Below, piece by piece: positions 1 to 13,549 of a stretch of DNA of 58,961 nucleotides (positions are counted from its first letter, which is position 1; the number at the start of each line of letters is the position of its first letter). The notes beneath the pieces were generated by a model. The model was not told the DNA's origin and did no database searches. It worked only from the letters and a program-made list of their open reading frames with translations. The DNA lies in NCBI GenBank assembly GCA_001938485.1, contig MQRK01254793.1, positions 1-58,961 of the forward strand, in the 5' to 3' direction. Origin of the DNA: Girardia tigrina (lineage: Eukaryota). The translations under genes were made by a program, and so were the position numbers.

Positions 1-1
1 G

Positions 2-562
2 GCCCATCTTATCAACTTGAATGATGGAGGCTATTCTGGGGCATTGTTTCTTTACTGCTTCGTGGAGAATTTTGAATACAGTTTCAAAGTTTTCTTTGCT
101 TGTGTACGAATCAAGAAGTATTGGTGGGACCAGGAACAGTGGTCTTCGTTGACTTGGAATTGATCCTGGAGGGGATATTTTGACTGAGAGATCACTTGAC
201 CCAGAGTGGTCTTTCATATCATCAGTCATGTCTTCCCAACTTTTTTCTTTATCCGATACTTTTCCATTGTCTGTCGATTCTTCTGATTTGTCCCAAGTCA
301 ATTCGGGTTCGAATTTGCCGCGAGGAAAATTTTTGGCATTGCTGTTTTTCTGATTATTTGTGTTATTTTCAAACAAACTTGTTTTTTCATTTTCGGGATT
401 TTTTATTTCTTTTTTATTATTATTTTCTGGTATTGTATTTTTTATATTTAAATCTTCTTTTGTAAAATTTACATGTTGTAAATTTATATTTTTTGTATTT
501 TGTAGTTGTAAATTTACATTGTAAATAAAGTACGAGGTGAGGCAGGTTTTATATCTATTCAT
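2..562 (-). CDS. Unidentified ORF (187 codons visible, runs off window) in a G-alpha-q intron; possibly ORF1 of a non-LTR retrotransposon
   Basis: Manual translation from ATG at 562 has no stop to the window edge (MNRYKTC...Asn/Lys-rich...PPGSIPSQRRPLFLVPP...CPRIASIIQVDKMG). No family motif recognised. Confidence 0.35.
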   Translation of the reverse strand, partial: MNRYKTCLTSYFIYNVNLQLQNTKNINLQHVNFTKEDLNIKNTIPENNNKKEIKNPENEKTSLFENNTNNQKNSNAKNFPRGKFEPELTWDKSEESTDNGKVSDKEKSWEDMTDDMKDHSGSSDLSVKISPPGSIPSQRRPLFLVPPILLDSYTSKENFETVFKILHEAVKKQCPRIASIIQVDKMG

Positions 563-1565
563 CAATTCATCGTTATGTCTTATATATTAAAATATCGATT
601 TCGATCTTAAATTCCAAATTCCAAATATTTCTGTTTATTTTTTGCGAGTTACAATCGGTAAGACATAATTTTACTGGCATATGCCAATGAAAGTTCTAAA
701 AAACTTTACATTTGATTATTTCGAAGTTTCGAATGTATTCTTTAAATAAGTTTAATTGTATTATTTTGTCTTTAAAATTCTTGTTACTTTGCATTTAAAC
801 CAATTGTGACGATGTATATGAATATGATTCGAATACTAATAAGTTGTATTAATTTGTAATTTCAAATTGGTGAGAATAAGGCAGATAGAGGAGGCATCAT
901 GGTTGATAGTGTTGTGAAGATAGGCAATATCAAACTAATGAAACAGCTGCTTATTCTAGTGCTATCGCATTATTGATTAGACCCAGACAATATGAAATTT
1001 GAAACGAAATATGTATCATTTAATCAGCAGGATATAGCGAATCGAAGATTCCTTCATATCGCGCTGGCTAATTGGATTGTGACAGTGATAATTGTAAATA
1101 TAAGTAAACATCAATCAAATTGGATTGGATTGAGAAATAATATTTCCTAGACATAAAGAAGACGATTTACCCATCTCATTCTTATACAATATCGTGCATT
1201 ATCGTATTTTTTAAATTTTCTGTGTCTTTTACTTCTAACAAATTAACAAAGGGTCGTTTATGCATGAATTTCATCCAGATAAAAGTCATTTTTGCTGTTT
1301 TTTAAGTATACTTTAAGTATTTTTCAAATTAACTTAAGCATAAACTTATGTTTTGATTAAGAAGCGTTTCCTGAAAGTTGAAGATTTTAATACCTGATAA
1401 AAGTTGTTTACTCAATTGAGAGCGGCAATTTAAATATTTTTGCTATATTTACCTATATTTAGCAATTTTTAAAATTATTTCGCTTTGATCTATTAAACAC
1501 TGGCAATATATATTCTCAAATTTTATTTATTAAATATCAGCAACTTTGACAAATTTTTTTTAAAG

Positions 1566-1720
1566 GAATATGCAAAGGATCTTCGAGATATTGATTATGA
1601 AACTGTCTCAACATTCGAAGCTAGTCATATTACAGCTACTAGGTCTTTATGGAACGATTCCGGTGTTAAGGAATGCTATGATCGTCGTAGAGAATATCAG
1701 CTGACAGATTCTGCTAAATA
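1566..1720 (+). CDS. GNAQ: G protein alpha q/11 subunit, internal exon (upstream exons outside window)
   Basis: AG/GT-bounded 155-nt exon encoding [14 protein letters not shown]...[25 protein letters not shown]. Confidence 0.95.
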
Positions 1721-1808
1721 GTAATATAATTATGTTTTTTAATGTCAAATCAATGCTCATCTTCACTAAATTTTGTAAAGATTTCATGTTTTAATTATTG
1801 TATATATA

Positions 1809-2217
1809 CAGTCAGGTGCCAAAGTTTGTGAACGCTTGTTGTTAAATTGTCTTTTGCACCCAACTGCAATTATATTGACAAAAGCACATCAAAATAATTT
1901 TTTACAATAGTCTGGTAACACTTTTTGAGTCCAAACAGTTTCCACTGCTTTGATCATGTCCTGCAGGGAATTTGGGTGCTGGGCAGCAACCCAGGTTTAC
2001 GTCACCTGAGTCCAGGCATTCTCAATCGGATTGAGATCCGGTGAGTTGCCTGGCCAAGGCCAAAGAATTTGGAAGCCTCACTGCGCTAACCACTCTCGAA
2101 CAGCCTTGGCATTGTGGCAAGGTGCTCCATCATGCTGAAAGAAGGTCGTTCTGTATAACTCCAGCAGTGTAAAAAGCAGTATAGAAATAAGCGTTCACAA
2201 ACTTTTGTACCTGACTG
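1809..2217 (-). mobile_element. Tc1-family internal-deletion derivative (409 bp)
   Basis: TIRs CAGTCAGGT(GCC/ACA)AAAGTTTGTGAACGCTT with TA flanks; remnant QHDGAPCH...WPGNSPDLNPIENAW (DD34E region). Confidence 0.9.
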
Positions 2218-2458
2218 TATATATATATTACATCATTTTAGAAAATTTTAAACACAAAATTTGTTTCATCATTACGGTAAATCAGATTAAAACTTTAATA
2301 TGAATAGAAAACTCATTTTGAAGTTTTTAGTTTGTGAGTAATTTATCCAATCATATTTTAAAATTGCTAAATATCGAAATAGTCAATGTACCATATAAAT
2401 TGTAATCTGAAATTTACTCACAACTGACGATGTCGTGATGGTGAAACAAAATAATTTT

Positions 2459-3749
2459 TCGGTCGGTCGAAAAATAATGGCGGTTTTGGGACACAAACTT
2501 CAAAGACGTGCAAATTCATAGAAACAAAAGTTTATTAATCAAAGTATGAATCGTTGGCATCAATACATTTTTGCCAACGAGAAACAAGTTGTTTTATTCC
2601 ATCAGCATAAAATGCATCGGTTCTCGAAGCGACGAATTCTTGGAAGGCATTTTGAGCATCATTTTGGTTTTTGAAAATTTTTTCACATAGGAAATTGTAC
2701 AAATGCCTGAAAAAGTAGAAGTCCGTTGGCGAGAGGTCTGGTAAATATAGTGGATGAAGCAGGGTTTCATAGCCCAACTCATTAAGCTTTTGAAGAGTCA
2801 CTTTTGAAATATAAGGTCTAGTGTTATCATGAAGAAGGATGGGACTTTTTCGATTGACCAATCGCGGACAAAGAGTTTTCAATTTTTTATGCATTTCATC
2901 AATTTCATGACAGTACCTCTCCGCTGTGATTGTTTAACCTGGATTCAAGAAACTATAGGGGATGATTCCAGCATCACACCACCAAACTGTCACCATAACC
3001 TTACGGGGTGTTAGTTTCGGTTTTGGAAAGTGTTTCGGTACTTCATCTTTGTCCAACCACTGTGCAGATCGACGTCGGTTATCATACAGGATCCATTTCT
3101 CATCACAGGAAACAATATGATCAAGAAATGGATCGTTTTTATTGCGAAGATGATTGGCAGAACAAATTTCATAGCGTCGGTTCTTTTGATTTTCATTCAA
3201 ATCATGTGGAACCCATTTATCAAGTTTCTTGATTTTTTCAAGTTGTTTTAAATGATCCAGACTGTTGAATGACTAATGCCCAACCCATCTGCAAGTTCTC
3301 TGATTGTTGTACGGGATCTGTTTCCACCATTGTCCTCAAATTGTCGTTGTTCACAGCAACTGGACGACCACGACCTTCTTCATCTTCAAGGTTTTCATCT
3401 CCATCAGAAAATTTTCGGAACTATCGTTGCACTGTGCGCTCAGAAGCTGTTCCATTGCCAAACGCTTTATTGATATTGCGAGCCGTTTCTGCTGCTTTAC
3501 GACCAAGTTTAAATTCGTACAAGAAAATTGCTCGAATTTAAATTTTTCCATTATTAATTTAGCACCATAAATATTCTAAAAAATAACAGCAATATGTTAA
3601 TAATGGCTATAGGAATATACATCTAGGCATAAGATTTCAAATAATATCTAACACTAATGCATTTAAACTTATATATATATATATATAAATCAAAGTAGAT
3701 AAACAAAGTATAAAGCTCCAAAACTGCCATTATTTTTCGACCAACTTAA
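2459..3749 (-). mobile_element. Mariner (DD34D) element, full-length, inactivated; copy A
   Basis: TIRs GGTCGAAAAATAATGGC..TTTTGG at both ends; motifs CDEKW, HDNTRP, PDLSPTDF; internal stops and frameshifts. Confidence 0.93.
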
Positions 3750-4950
3750 TATATATGTTATGCTGAATTTGTGTTATTGTAGATTATATTATAATGACAA
3801 ATAATTGTCAAATATGTTATCATATAAGCACAATACAAATGATTTTAGAAGAACAATTTTGAATTAATTATTCGAACAGAATAATTATTAATAGAAAGAA
3901 TCTTTAAAGAGATCAATAAACAAAGTAAAATTCGTGAAAACGGCAAAAATTTTGCCGAATTCGTGTATTAGGCGAAAAAATGCCTAATTGTGAAATCGGC
4001 AAAGATTTGCTGAAATAGTGTAATTGCCAAATTCAATAACTATATGAAAAATTTTCATTTTAAAATGACAATTTCTCAATTTAAAATGAAAGATTCTGTC
4101 TTTAATATGAAAAAAATATCAATTTAATATGAAAAAAATCTTAATTTATCATGCAAAAAAGACTCCAAATGTAAAATTTTTATTCATAGTTATTTAAACT
4201 TCTTCCTTGCTGGAAAAATGAATTGCAAACGTTTGTATTTTAAAAGCATTTTTTTCATATTAAATTGATATTTTTTTCGTTATAAATAAATAATTTTCTT
4301 ATTAAATAGATATTTTTTCATATATAATGGATAGGTTTTTCAAATTAAATACACAATATTTCATATTAAATACATATTTTTTCATATTAAATTTTTCATA
4401 TCCATTACAAAATTTAATTAAAAAAAATTTTAAAAAAATTGCCGAGTTCGTGAATTCGGCATTATATTATATTCGGCATTATAAATGTATATATATATAC
4501 ATGTATAGGTATATATATATATATATATATANNNNNNNNNNNNNNNNNNNNNNNNNNNNNNNNNNNNNNNNNNNNNNNNNNTATATATATAAAGGACCAT
4601 GAATTATTTTTAGAATTTAAAAAAGAAGAAAAAATTATAAAGAAGAACTCAATTATGTTCTTTAGAAAACGTAGGTAAACAAATATTTTTATTAAAAATA
4701 TGACATTTCTACATGAGCTCTATTGATAATATTTATCACATGTGACGATTTTCAATTTCTTACCATGTTCTTAAGATGATTCTTTCAACAATAGTGGCTA
4801 TGATTTTGTGTTCTTTCCTTCATTTCATTGAGATCTTGTACCTTTTTATGATATTTTGGTTAATCAACTTAGTCCAAAACTTAATTAATTATTAATATAT
4901 AAATCTTTTTTATTTAATTTTATTATTTTTAAACGAAGAATTCACTTTAG

Positions 4951-5079
4951 TTATCTTGATGATCTGGATAGAATTGTGACCGCTGATTACTTGCCAACAT
5001 TGCAAGATATCCTCAGAGTGCGAGTTCCTACTACCGGAATTATTGAATACCCTTTTGATCTTGACTCAATTATATTTAG
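4951..5079 (+). CDS. GNAQ: G-alpha-q exon (switch I)
   Basis: 129-nt AG/GT exon, YLDDLDRI...[25 protein letters not shown]; splice phase matches neighbours. Confidence 0.97.
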
Positions 5080-5247
5080 GTTAGTTATATATTTATTTCA
5101 AGGCTTCATGAGTAAAAATATGATAATTTTTATGGTAATTAATTTATTTTTGTTTCTCTTAAAAAGGTTGTAATGTGTTAAAATAAGATTGTATTTTTGG
5201 TTTTCCAATTTTACTGCACATTTAGTTTAAAGTTTATAAATTGTATC

Positions 5248-6480
5248 TGTTAGGAGCGTTGTTGAGTTCATAAAATTTTTGAATTTACAATCTTATCAAA
5301 TTAAAAATTAAACAATTACATTCCGTAAAATATTGTTATAGATGATATGTTAAAATATGATCTTCCGAAATTAATGAAAAAATTAATTTATGGAAGAAAT
5401 AAAGTTTTGCGTTAATGACAACGTCTTTTGATCAAGAACCCAATATGGCGACCATAACCAGCAATTCGGATCAGTTGATTGGGAGACTAATGCCGGAAAA
5501 ATATCGGGGACAGGACAATGTCGAAACTTTTATATCGGCTTGTGCTCGATTTTTCAAGGTTGCAAAGGTTCAGGAAAATATTCAAGAAATATTGGCGATA
5601 TGGTTATTATCCTACGAGTTAATACGAGTTAATATGAAAGTATCTGCGGATATAAAAGTATATGAAGCCCGACTTCGTGAAGTTTTTTTTAGAAAAGCAC
5701 ATTGATGGAAAACTTAGAAGAGGCCGTACATTTCGAGAGGTCCGGAGAATCGATCGAGGAGTACTTTACTAAAGTAAATAAATTAGCAGAGAAATTAGTA
5801 AAACATCAATGGAAAAAAGAGGAATAAGAAAGATGTCTTCTAATTCACGGATCAAAGGACAGTGATGTGAAAAGGAGATTAAACTCAGAGACTTAAAGGA
5901 GATACCGGAAATAAAGAATGTGACGAGGAAAGTAGACAAAATCCGGAGATCTGAAAAACCGGTTCATGCGGTTAGACTTCGGTTTTATTTTGTTGGTTTC
6001 TTAACACAGCAAATATGTAAGTAAACACAGCCTGAAATTCAGTGAGAAAAACGGAAACATTGGAGAGACGACCTCATTTGGTAACAACAATACATGCTGG
6101 AACTGCAAAGAAATAGGTCATAGAAGCAATGAATGTAAGCGAGAAAGGATAGTCACGTGCTACGCATGTGGAGAAACGGGCCACGTGCGCCGAGAATGTA
6201 AGACGATAATATGTAACAGGTGTAACGATCCGGGACTTAAGGCCAATGTGTGTTACACGAATCTGAACCGACGTCATCACAGAAGGAACGAGTATCAAGA
6301 GAGAAACGGGTATCATGGTAGAACACAGAGAGACAATCGACAGCCACCACGGGGTCAGGAAAGAGACGGGAGAAACTGGAGTCGGAGGAATACCAGAGAG
6401 GTTTTGACAGAGGACGACAGATAGCGATGATGGAAGAAGAAGAGTGCAGAGAATCAGAAAAAAACGAGCAATGCCAAGAC
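5248..6480 (+). mobile_element. Gypsy-type LTR retrotransposon 5' remnant: LTR end, PBS and decayed gag with three CCHC knuckles
   Basis: GATCAAGAACCCAATA followed by TGGCGACC (PBS-like) at about 5430-5453; CWNCKEIGHRSNEC, CYACGETGHVRREC and CNRCNDPGLKANVC at about 6095-6253. Left boundary approximate. Confidence 0.75.
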
Positions 6481-7636
6481 GACGAGGAACCGATCTTGGC
6501 ACTAAAGTAAGTCTTTCATTACATAAACCAAACCAAATAAATTATATATATAATAGTAATAATATCAGTAATAAAAATAATATTAGTAGTAAATTAAATA
6601 ATAGTAATCGTTGTAATAAAATTGATAAAAATAAGTCACAAAGTATGAACGATCAGGAACCGGAAATGGATCATAAAGGGATTACGTTTATTAAAAAGAT
6701 ATCGGATAAATCAAGAGAACTCTTAATAATTAATAATGACGAAAACGTACCGAAAAAATAAATTCATAAAATTAATAGGTTTGTAACAGTATTTGCGAGG
6801 ACACATGATCTGATTGATTTTCCTGAGAACTTTTTATCGTGACAATAAAAAAAGACAGATCCACCAACTTTTACAACTTATAATCATCATTTCTTACAAT
6901 ATGAAAGATTAATAATTACTATTTTATTCCATTTTTATAGTACATAAGTGTTACGTTTCTGCATGTAAACATAAGCCTATTTTAAGCAAAAAATGATATA
7001 TTTAATGGCATCGCAATTATTTTTAAACAATTATTATGAATATAATGCTTACAAATAGAGATATGTCCTTTATCGAATGCTACTGGAATTTCTATTTGAT
7101 TTGTCGGTATTATCGTTTAAGGTTTCCGTAAAAGTACAGTGATGATTACCTAGATCGCAACCACTAAAGGGGTTAATTATTTTATTCATTGAAATTATAA
7201 TGTTAGGAGTTATTAATTTTTAATTTTAAATTAAATAATTTAAATATTTATTTCAGTAAATAAATTGTCTAAAATATATAAAGAATTTATGAAATATTAA
7301 TTAAAATTTATCTTTAATTTTATTCTAATTTTATTCTCTTTCTTCAGTCATTAGGAATATTTTTCATTTATAAATTAACATATTTTCAAAATTAAATTCA
7401 AGTTAAAATGACCATATTCAAAAAATGGGAAAGTATTTAAATATGTTTTTATATAAAATAATATTCTATTATTATAAATTTTTACATTTTTTTCATTTTA
7501 TGAATTGTCTTATATTTCCTTAACTCTATCAATAATCAAAAGATATTTCTTTCAAAATAATTATAAAATTATTAAAAGAAAAAATATAACTTAAAACGAA
7601 TAGTAAGAAATATGACCTGCATTTAAAGTTCAAGTA

Positions 7637-7939
7637 CTCTAAAACTTCCAATAATTCCCCTGGGGGATTATTCTTTTTTTTTAATTAGAAAAACAAGAAC
7701 ATGGGGGATTATTAGAAATTTTTAAAAATGCAAAAAATTTTTTTAGAAAATCAAATTTATTCATCAATTTCTAAATAGCTAGATTCAGAACACTTCTCAT
7801 CATCAAGAACTTGATGATTTATATTAGCACAATATTTTGTTCTAAATTTGATACGAAATTGTGCATCTTTGGCAATGAGCAAGCTTCATTTCTTCATCTA
7901 AAAAACCTGAAGAAAAATTTATTATTAGAAGTTTTAGAG
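7637..7939. mobile_element. Tc1/mariner-superfamily (pogo-like) MITE inserted in the MULE left TIR
   Basis: TIR CTCTAAAACTTC(C/T)AATAAT at both ends; TA duplication. Confidence 0.75.
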
Positions 7940-8118
7940 TATTTAAATAAAAACTTCAAATAAGTTTATTAACAAATCTCAAGTAATTAATTATAAAAAT
8001 TTTCAAGTAAAAAATCTATTTCCAAGTAAATAATAAAAAATTTTCAAGTATTTATTTAATTTTTTACAAGTATTTTCATAAAAATCTTCAAGTAAGAAAA
8101 TCTTTCATGTAAATAATA

Positions 8119-9433
8119 TTGGGTTGGCCAAAAGTCATTGCGTTTTTGAGTACGTCCTAATAAAAAAGCTTGAAAATATAAAACGATGTGATAAAATTTA
8201 AATTCAATTATATATTCTGAAACCTTAATTTTCAGACTATGTTTATACNNNNNNNNNNNNNNNNNNNNNNNNNNNNNNNNNNNNNNNNNNNNNNNNNNNN
8301 NNNNNNNNNNNNNNNNNNNNNNNNNNNNNNNNNNNNNNNNNNNNNNNNNNNNNNNNNNNNNNNNNNNNNNNNNNNNNNNNNNNNNNNNNNNNNNNNNNNN
8401 NNNNNNNNNNNNNNNNNNNNNNNNNNNNNNNNNNNNNNNNNNNNNNNNNNNNNNNNNNNNNNNNNNNNNNNNNNNNNNNNNNNNNNNNNNNNNNNNNNNN
8501 NNNNNNNNNNNNNNNNNNNNNNNNNNNNNNNNNNNNNNNNNNNNNNNNNNNNNNNNNNNNNNNNNNNNNNNNNNNNNNNNNNNNNNNNNNNNNNNNNNNN
8601 NNNNNNNNNNNNNNNNNNNNNNNNNNNNNNNNNNNNNNNNNNNNNNNNNNNNNNNNNNNNNNNNNNNNNNNATATGTGGTTATCACATGAACTGAAAGAA
8701 ATTCATTTGGTGAAACGTATAGACATTTGCGATTCCCTTTTGAAGCGAGAACAAAGTGATCCATTTTTGAAGCGCTTGATTACGGGTGACAAAAAGGGAT
8801 TGTTTACAACAATGTGGAATGCCGACGATCATGGACAAAACCTGTTGAGCCTGCCAAAATGATCCCAAAAGCAGAAATTCACCAATGTAAGGTTATGCTT
8901 TCCGTCTGGTGGGATTTTAAAGGAATTGTGTTTTTTGAACTCCTTCCGAGGAATGAAACCATCAATTCAGACAGATATTGTGGTCAGCTGGAGAAATTGG
9001 CTCATTCAATTCAACAGGAACGTCCTGAATTGGCAAATCGAAAAGGAATTGTAATTCAGCACGATAACGCAAGACCGCATACAAGTTTGACCACTCGCCA
9101 GAAACTCTTATCACTAGGTTGGGAGGTTTTGCCGCACCCACCGTATTCTCCAGACTTGGCCCCGTCGGATTTTCACTTATTTAGAACACTGCAGAATTCC
9201 TTAAACAGAAAAACATTCACCAATGATGATGACATCAAATCGTTCCTAGACGACTTTTTTGCTGACAAAGGCAAAGGTTTTTATGAATCAGAAATAATGA
9301 AGCTACCGGAAAGGTGGAAGAAATTGATTGAAAATAATGGACAGTATTTCGTGTAAAAATATTTGTGCATGCATGTCATTTTTTGATAATAAATATTTTA
9401 GTAAAAAACGCAATGACTTTTTGGCCAACCCAA
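8119..9433 (+). mobile_element. Mariner (DD34D) element, partly in assembly gap, frameshifted
   Basis: TIRs TTGGGTTGGCCAAAA(A)GTCATTGCGTTTTT with TA TSD; HDNARPH and YSPDLAPSDF; 1-nt deletion at the TGDEKW motif (about 8795). Confidence 0.93.
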
Positions 9434-12400
9434 TAGAAAAGTATAACAAAAATTTTATTTAATTGATGACTTTAAATTAATCTACAATTAAAGCGCCGAT
9501 AGATTTTTTTGGGTCGGTCGCGCTTTCGCATTTCGCCAATATTAATGTTTTTGACTTCAGAAGATGGCTTGACTAGTATTACGTATTGCAATGCCAATAC
9601 TATGTTTACATAAGAAGTTTTTCATGAAGTGGGGCATGTACAAGTACCAGTGCTTTGCCACAAGTCACTATTCGCTTGTAAGATAACAAACCAGACAGGA
9701 AATGCTCACTTTGTAAGTTGCTCAAAACTTTTCCATATTAGATTACTTTATTTCATCAGCTCCTACTTTCATTTGATCTCCTCGGGCTATAGTAGACTGT
9801 GCTTACCTCAATTTGATATGAAATTATTTCTGTCTTCTTTTTGGCTCCCTGATATTCCATTATCCAATCCGTTAACGAAATCGTGCTGAACACGTTGAAT
9901 ATCTTATCACTGAGCTTGTACTTGTTTGACCAACTATCTACTGTTTCAAATGCGATTTCTATAAAACACGACAGCGGTAATTGTTCATGGAAGGTGAGCT
10001 GGTTTTTGATGCTTAGATTGAAAGACTTCAAAGCATTATTTGTTGATGGCGTGCGCATACGAGCCGCTTCGTACCAACTGTTTTGTGACGTTTTTGCCAC
10101 TCATCCAGTCAATAAAGCTCTTCTCTTGCTTCTGGAAGCATTCTACTACTTTCATGAAGACTTCATAACTGGAAGAAAGATGTAAAATACCGATGTCTTA
10201 CTCAAATTGACTGGACTTACTTTTGTCATGTAAAAGATTCATGTTCTTAATCACGTTCCTATGCATATGAGCCCAGTACATAATGAGCAACTTATCGCTA
10301 AGGAAAATATCCAGAAAGGCATTATGTATTTCGTTGGATGCATCCTCAATGAGAGAGGTAAAGTCAACTGCAATCTCCATATTCATCGACTCACTCTTAA
10401 TGTTTTAAAACACAAATTCATATCCTTCGTTGCGTCTCGTTTTAGCCCAGACTAATGCAGTATGGATTGAGCTGCTTGCTTAAATCTGTGATGCCAACCA
10501 CAAGAACTGGATATCCTTCGAAGTTTAGTTTGTAAGTGGCATCTGCGTGAAGCTTGTCAGAATTTACACAGTTCGGAATGAAGGACTGCCATTCTAATCA
10601 GTATCATCGTCATCGTCCAGCTCATCAACAAAGCAAATGTTATATTCGATCACGACGGCCCAATTTTCATCGTTTGCACTGTCGTAGTGCATGTTCTTTG
10701 GACCAACGTTCGAGTTCATTTAGGCTGATTCTTAATTCCCCATATTTTTCTTAAAGTAGCACATTCAAATAGGTGTAGATCTGTGGCATTTTATTTATAG
10801 GCAAGTGTAGATCTATCAGTTTCTCCATGATCTTTTATGCTTTAATATTTAAGCCATACAACTATTTGAATGTACTCGCCTTTTAGTTGAAATACCACTT
10901 GACTCTCCAGTCCATGAATATTCCTCGTTGATTCGGTACAAGATGACTTCTTCACTCTCGCATCTTTTTAAAAGATAAAGGCCAGCTTTGCATTGAATAC
11001 TTATCGACTTAATGTGCTTGCAGTGATTACAGACTTTGACGCCTTGAGTGATTTTATTTTGAAAGTGGTATGTCCAATGTCCCTCAGTTTTGATGACCTC
11101 CAGGGCCTCTTGTTTCTGACTGAATTGCTTATTCGATTCTCGTTCGCATTCAGTTGCTATTTTTTCACTTCCGTCTCCGATTGTTCTTCGCTAGAATATT
11201 GTTGAATAACTGTTGATGATACCATTAAATTTATACTGGAGTTTAATTTTATAATCGTTTTATGCAAATCAATCTATTTAAAATACTTGATTTTTGTTTT
11301 AATTAATTATTTTTTTTAATTAAAAAACTTGAGATTTTCTTTTTTACTTGAATTTTTATAAATTACTTGAAGTTCTGATTAAATAAATAAGTTTTTGTTA
11401 AAATACTTGAAAATGGTTAAATGAAATACTTGAAGTTTAAATAGTCCTGGAAAAGTATTATAGTTTCTTTTTTATAAAATAAATAACTAAATTGTACATA
11501 TCTTGAGAATTTCACACGTACAGCTGACTGTGATCGGCATAGATCGCCGCGATCGGTTCACATGTCGCAAAAATATTTCATTTTGACATCGGTACTGGTT
11601 TGCATTTCTTTATGGCACATTTTTTTTTAATCTTTCATTCTAAGTTCGATTATTTTTGTATTATCTTAATTATTTTAATGAAATGACTTGTAATAATATT
11701 TTCTTTACAAATTTGGAAAATTTCAATTTTAATATTTTGCAGTAGCAGTTAAAAGTTCTAAAAACTTTAATTCCTTTTTTGTAAATATTATTTCACACGA
11801 ATACAAGATCACCTCCTGTGAAGGAAAGGCTCACTCTTAAAATTTTTGAAACAATTAATTTTTATAAAGAATTTCTAAAATAAGAAAATATGTAAAATCA
11901 AAAGTTTTTTAAGCAATTATAATTAAAAAAATATATCTAATTAATTTTAAAATGTTATTTTCGGAAATAATCAAATTTTAATTGTAGAGTAAAAAACTAA
12001 AGTGAAATTAATTGGGAAATAAGGGATTTTTTAATAATTGATTTAAAAGAAATATATAAAGACAAGGATAATTATGTCTGTACTAATTTTAAAAAGTTAT
12101 TCTAAAAAATAAAATAACTTTGTTGCCAGAGATGTAAAGTAAAAAAACAGATAATTTTAGATTTTAAAGTTAGTTTGAAATTCTGCAAATTAAAGATTTG
12201 ACAAATACTTAATTCTAAACAGTTTTCGTAAAAAGAAATAAAGATTAAAACTTTTATCATTAATGTATCGTAATAATAATAAAAATTTGAATATTGTAAA
12301 TTATTTTTGTATTTAAATTGTATTTAAAATTTGGATTATATTTAAAATAATTGTAGGTAAAAAATGCATTTAAACTGAAATATTGATAATAAATAGAACG

Positions 12401-13184
12401 TTAAAATCTTTTATTAATTAAAAATTTTTCACAAATAAAAGAAAATAACATTAAACTAATTCTAAAATAATAAAAAATCATTTCGGTTAATTTAGTAAAA
12501 ATATGATTACAATAAATTATGGTAGTTTTAATTTAAATTAAATTGCATAAAATAGAGGAATGTAAATTTTTAAAATAAAGAAAATAAAAAAAGTTTCAAT
12601 TTTAAAATAGCTTATCAGTATTTATAATTCCATATTTTTATATAAAATCTGGTCAAAAAAGAAAACGAAGAAAAGTACCTCGATGAAAAATTGTTATTAA
12701 AAAAATTGTTAACTAAAAATTGTTTGAATAATTGTTAATTGTGTTATATATAAAATTTTGGTGTTAATGAGTCTTAATTTCGATCAAGAACCCAACACCT
12801 CCAATTTTAGGTTTTGATTTTATCCATTGTCACATGTTTTTAAACCGGTTTTTGCTGATCAATCAATAATAGTTCAATTTGGAGTTCCCATATCATTTAT
12901 TTTTTGAAAATAATTTAATTATTTTGAAGATATTCTTTTAAACAGGCATTGGGTCTTTTAGCATTATTTATTTTCTTATAACAATTTAAGGATAGAATAC
13001 CCGCAGCTAACAAATGCTTGTGTCCTTTCTCTTACTTCGCTCTTTCTTACCTAATAGATTAGGGTTGTTGAGTTAATTTAGAGCAATTTAATAAATATTT
13101 AGAATTAACTTTAGTTATAATTAAATTTTAAACTAACTGATAGATGATTAACATTAAAATTATTGAGCAAATTAAAATTTATTA

Positions 13185-13230
13185 TATTATTTATTAATTT
13201 CGACTGTTTAATCGTCATCTTCAGATCAAC
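13185..13230 (-). ncRNA. Candidate minimal type I hammerhead ribozyme motif (Penelope pLTR-like)
   Basis: CUGAAGA-U-GAC(9-nt loop)GUC-GAAA-UUAAUA with palindromic stem III and downstream AAUAAA; stem I is poor. Confidence 0.4.
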
Positions 13231-13309
13231 TGTTAATATCTGTGAGTTAATAAAAATTAAATAAAATAGAATAAATATAACATATTTTGACAATTATTTT
13301 GTTGAATAA

Positions 13310-13549
<240 letters not shown>

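Larger units (their letters stand above)
7614..11447 (-). mobile_element. Mutator/MULE element with decayed transposase and SWIM zinc finger
   Basis: Minus-strand KLHADATYKLN, DAS..I.NAF...WAHMHRNV, WYE...PSTNNALKSFN and CTCP...CKH; inverted ends ATTTAAA(G/C)TTCAAGTA with CAAGTA subterminal repeats. Ends approximate. Confidence 0.8.

Noticed and set aside
3930-4480. GCCGAATTCGTG-type repeats
   Set aside because: Probably a MITE remnant, but termini and TSD could not be defined.
8239-8862. ORF-track entries spanning N gaps (also 4327-4602 and 33402-33911)
   Set aside because: Artefacts of translating through Ns.
11807-11817. GATCACCTCCT, resembling the bacterial 16S 3' end
   Set aside because: Only 11 nt with no flanking rRNA similarity; chance match.
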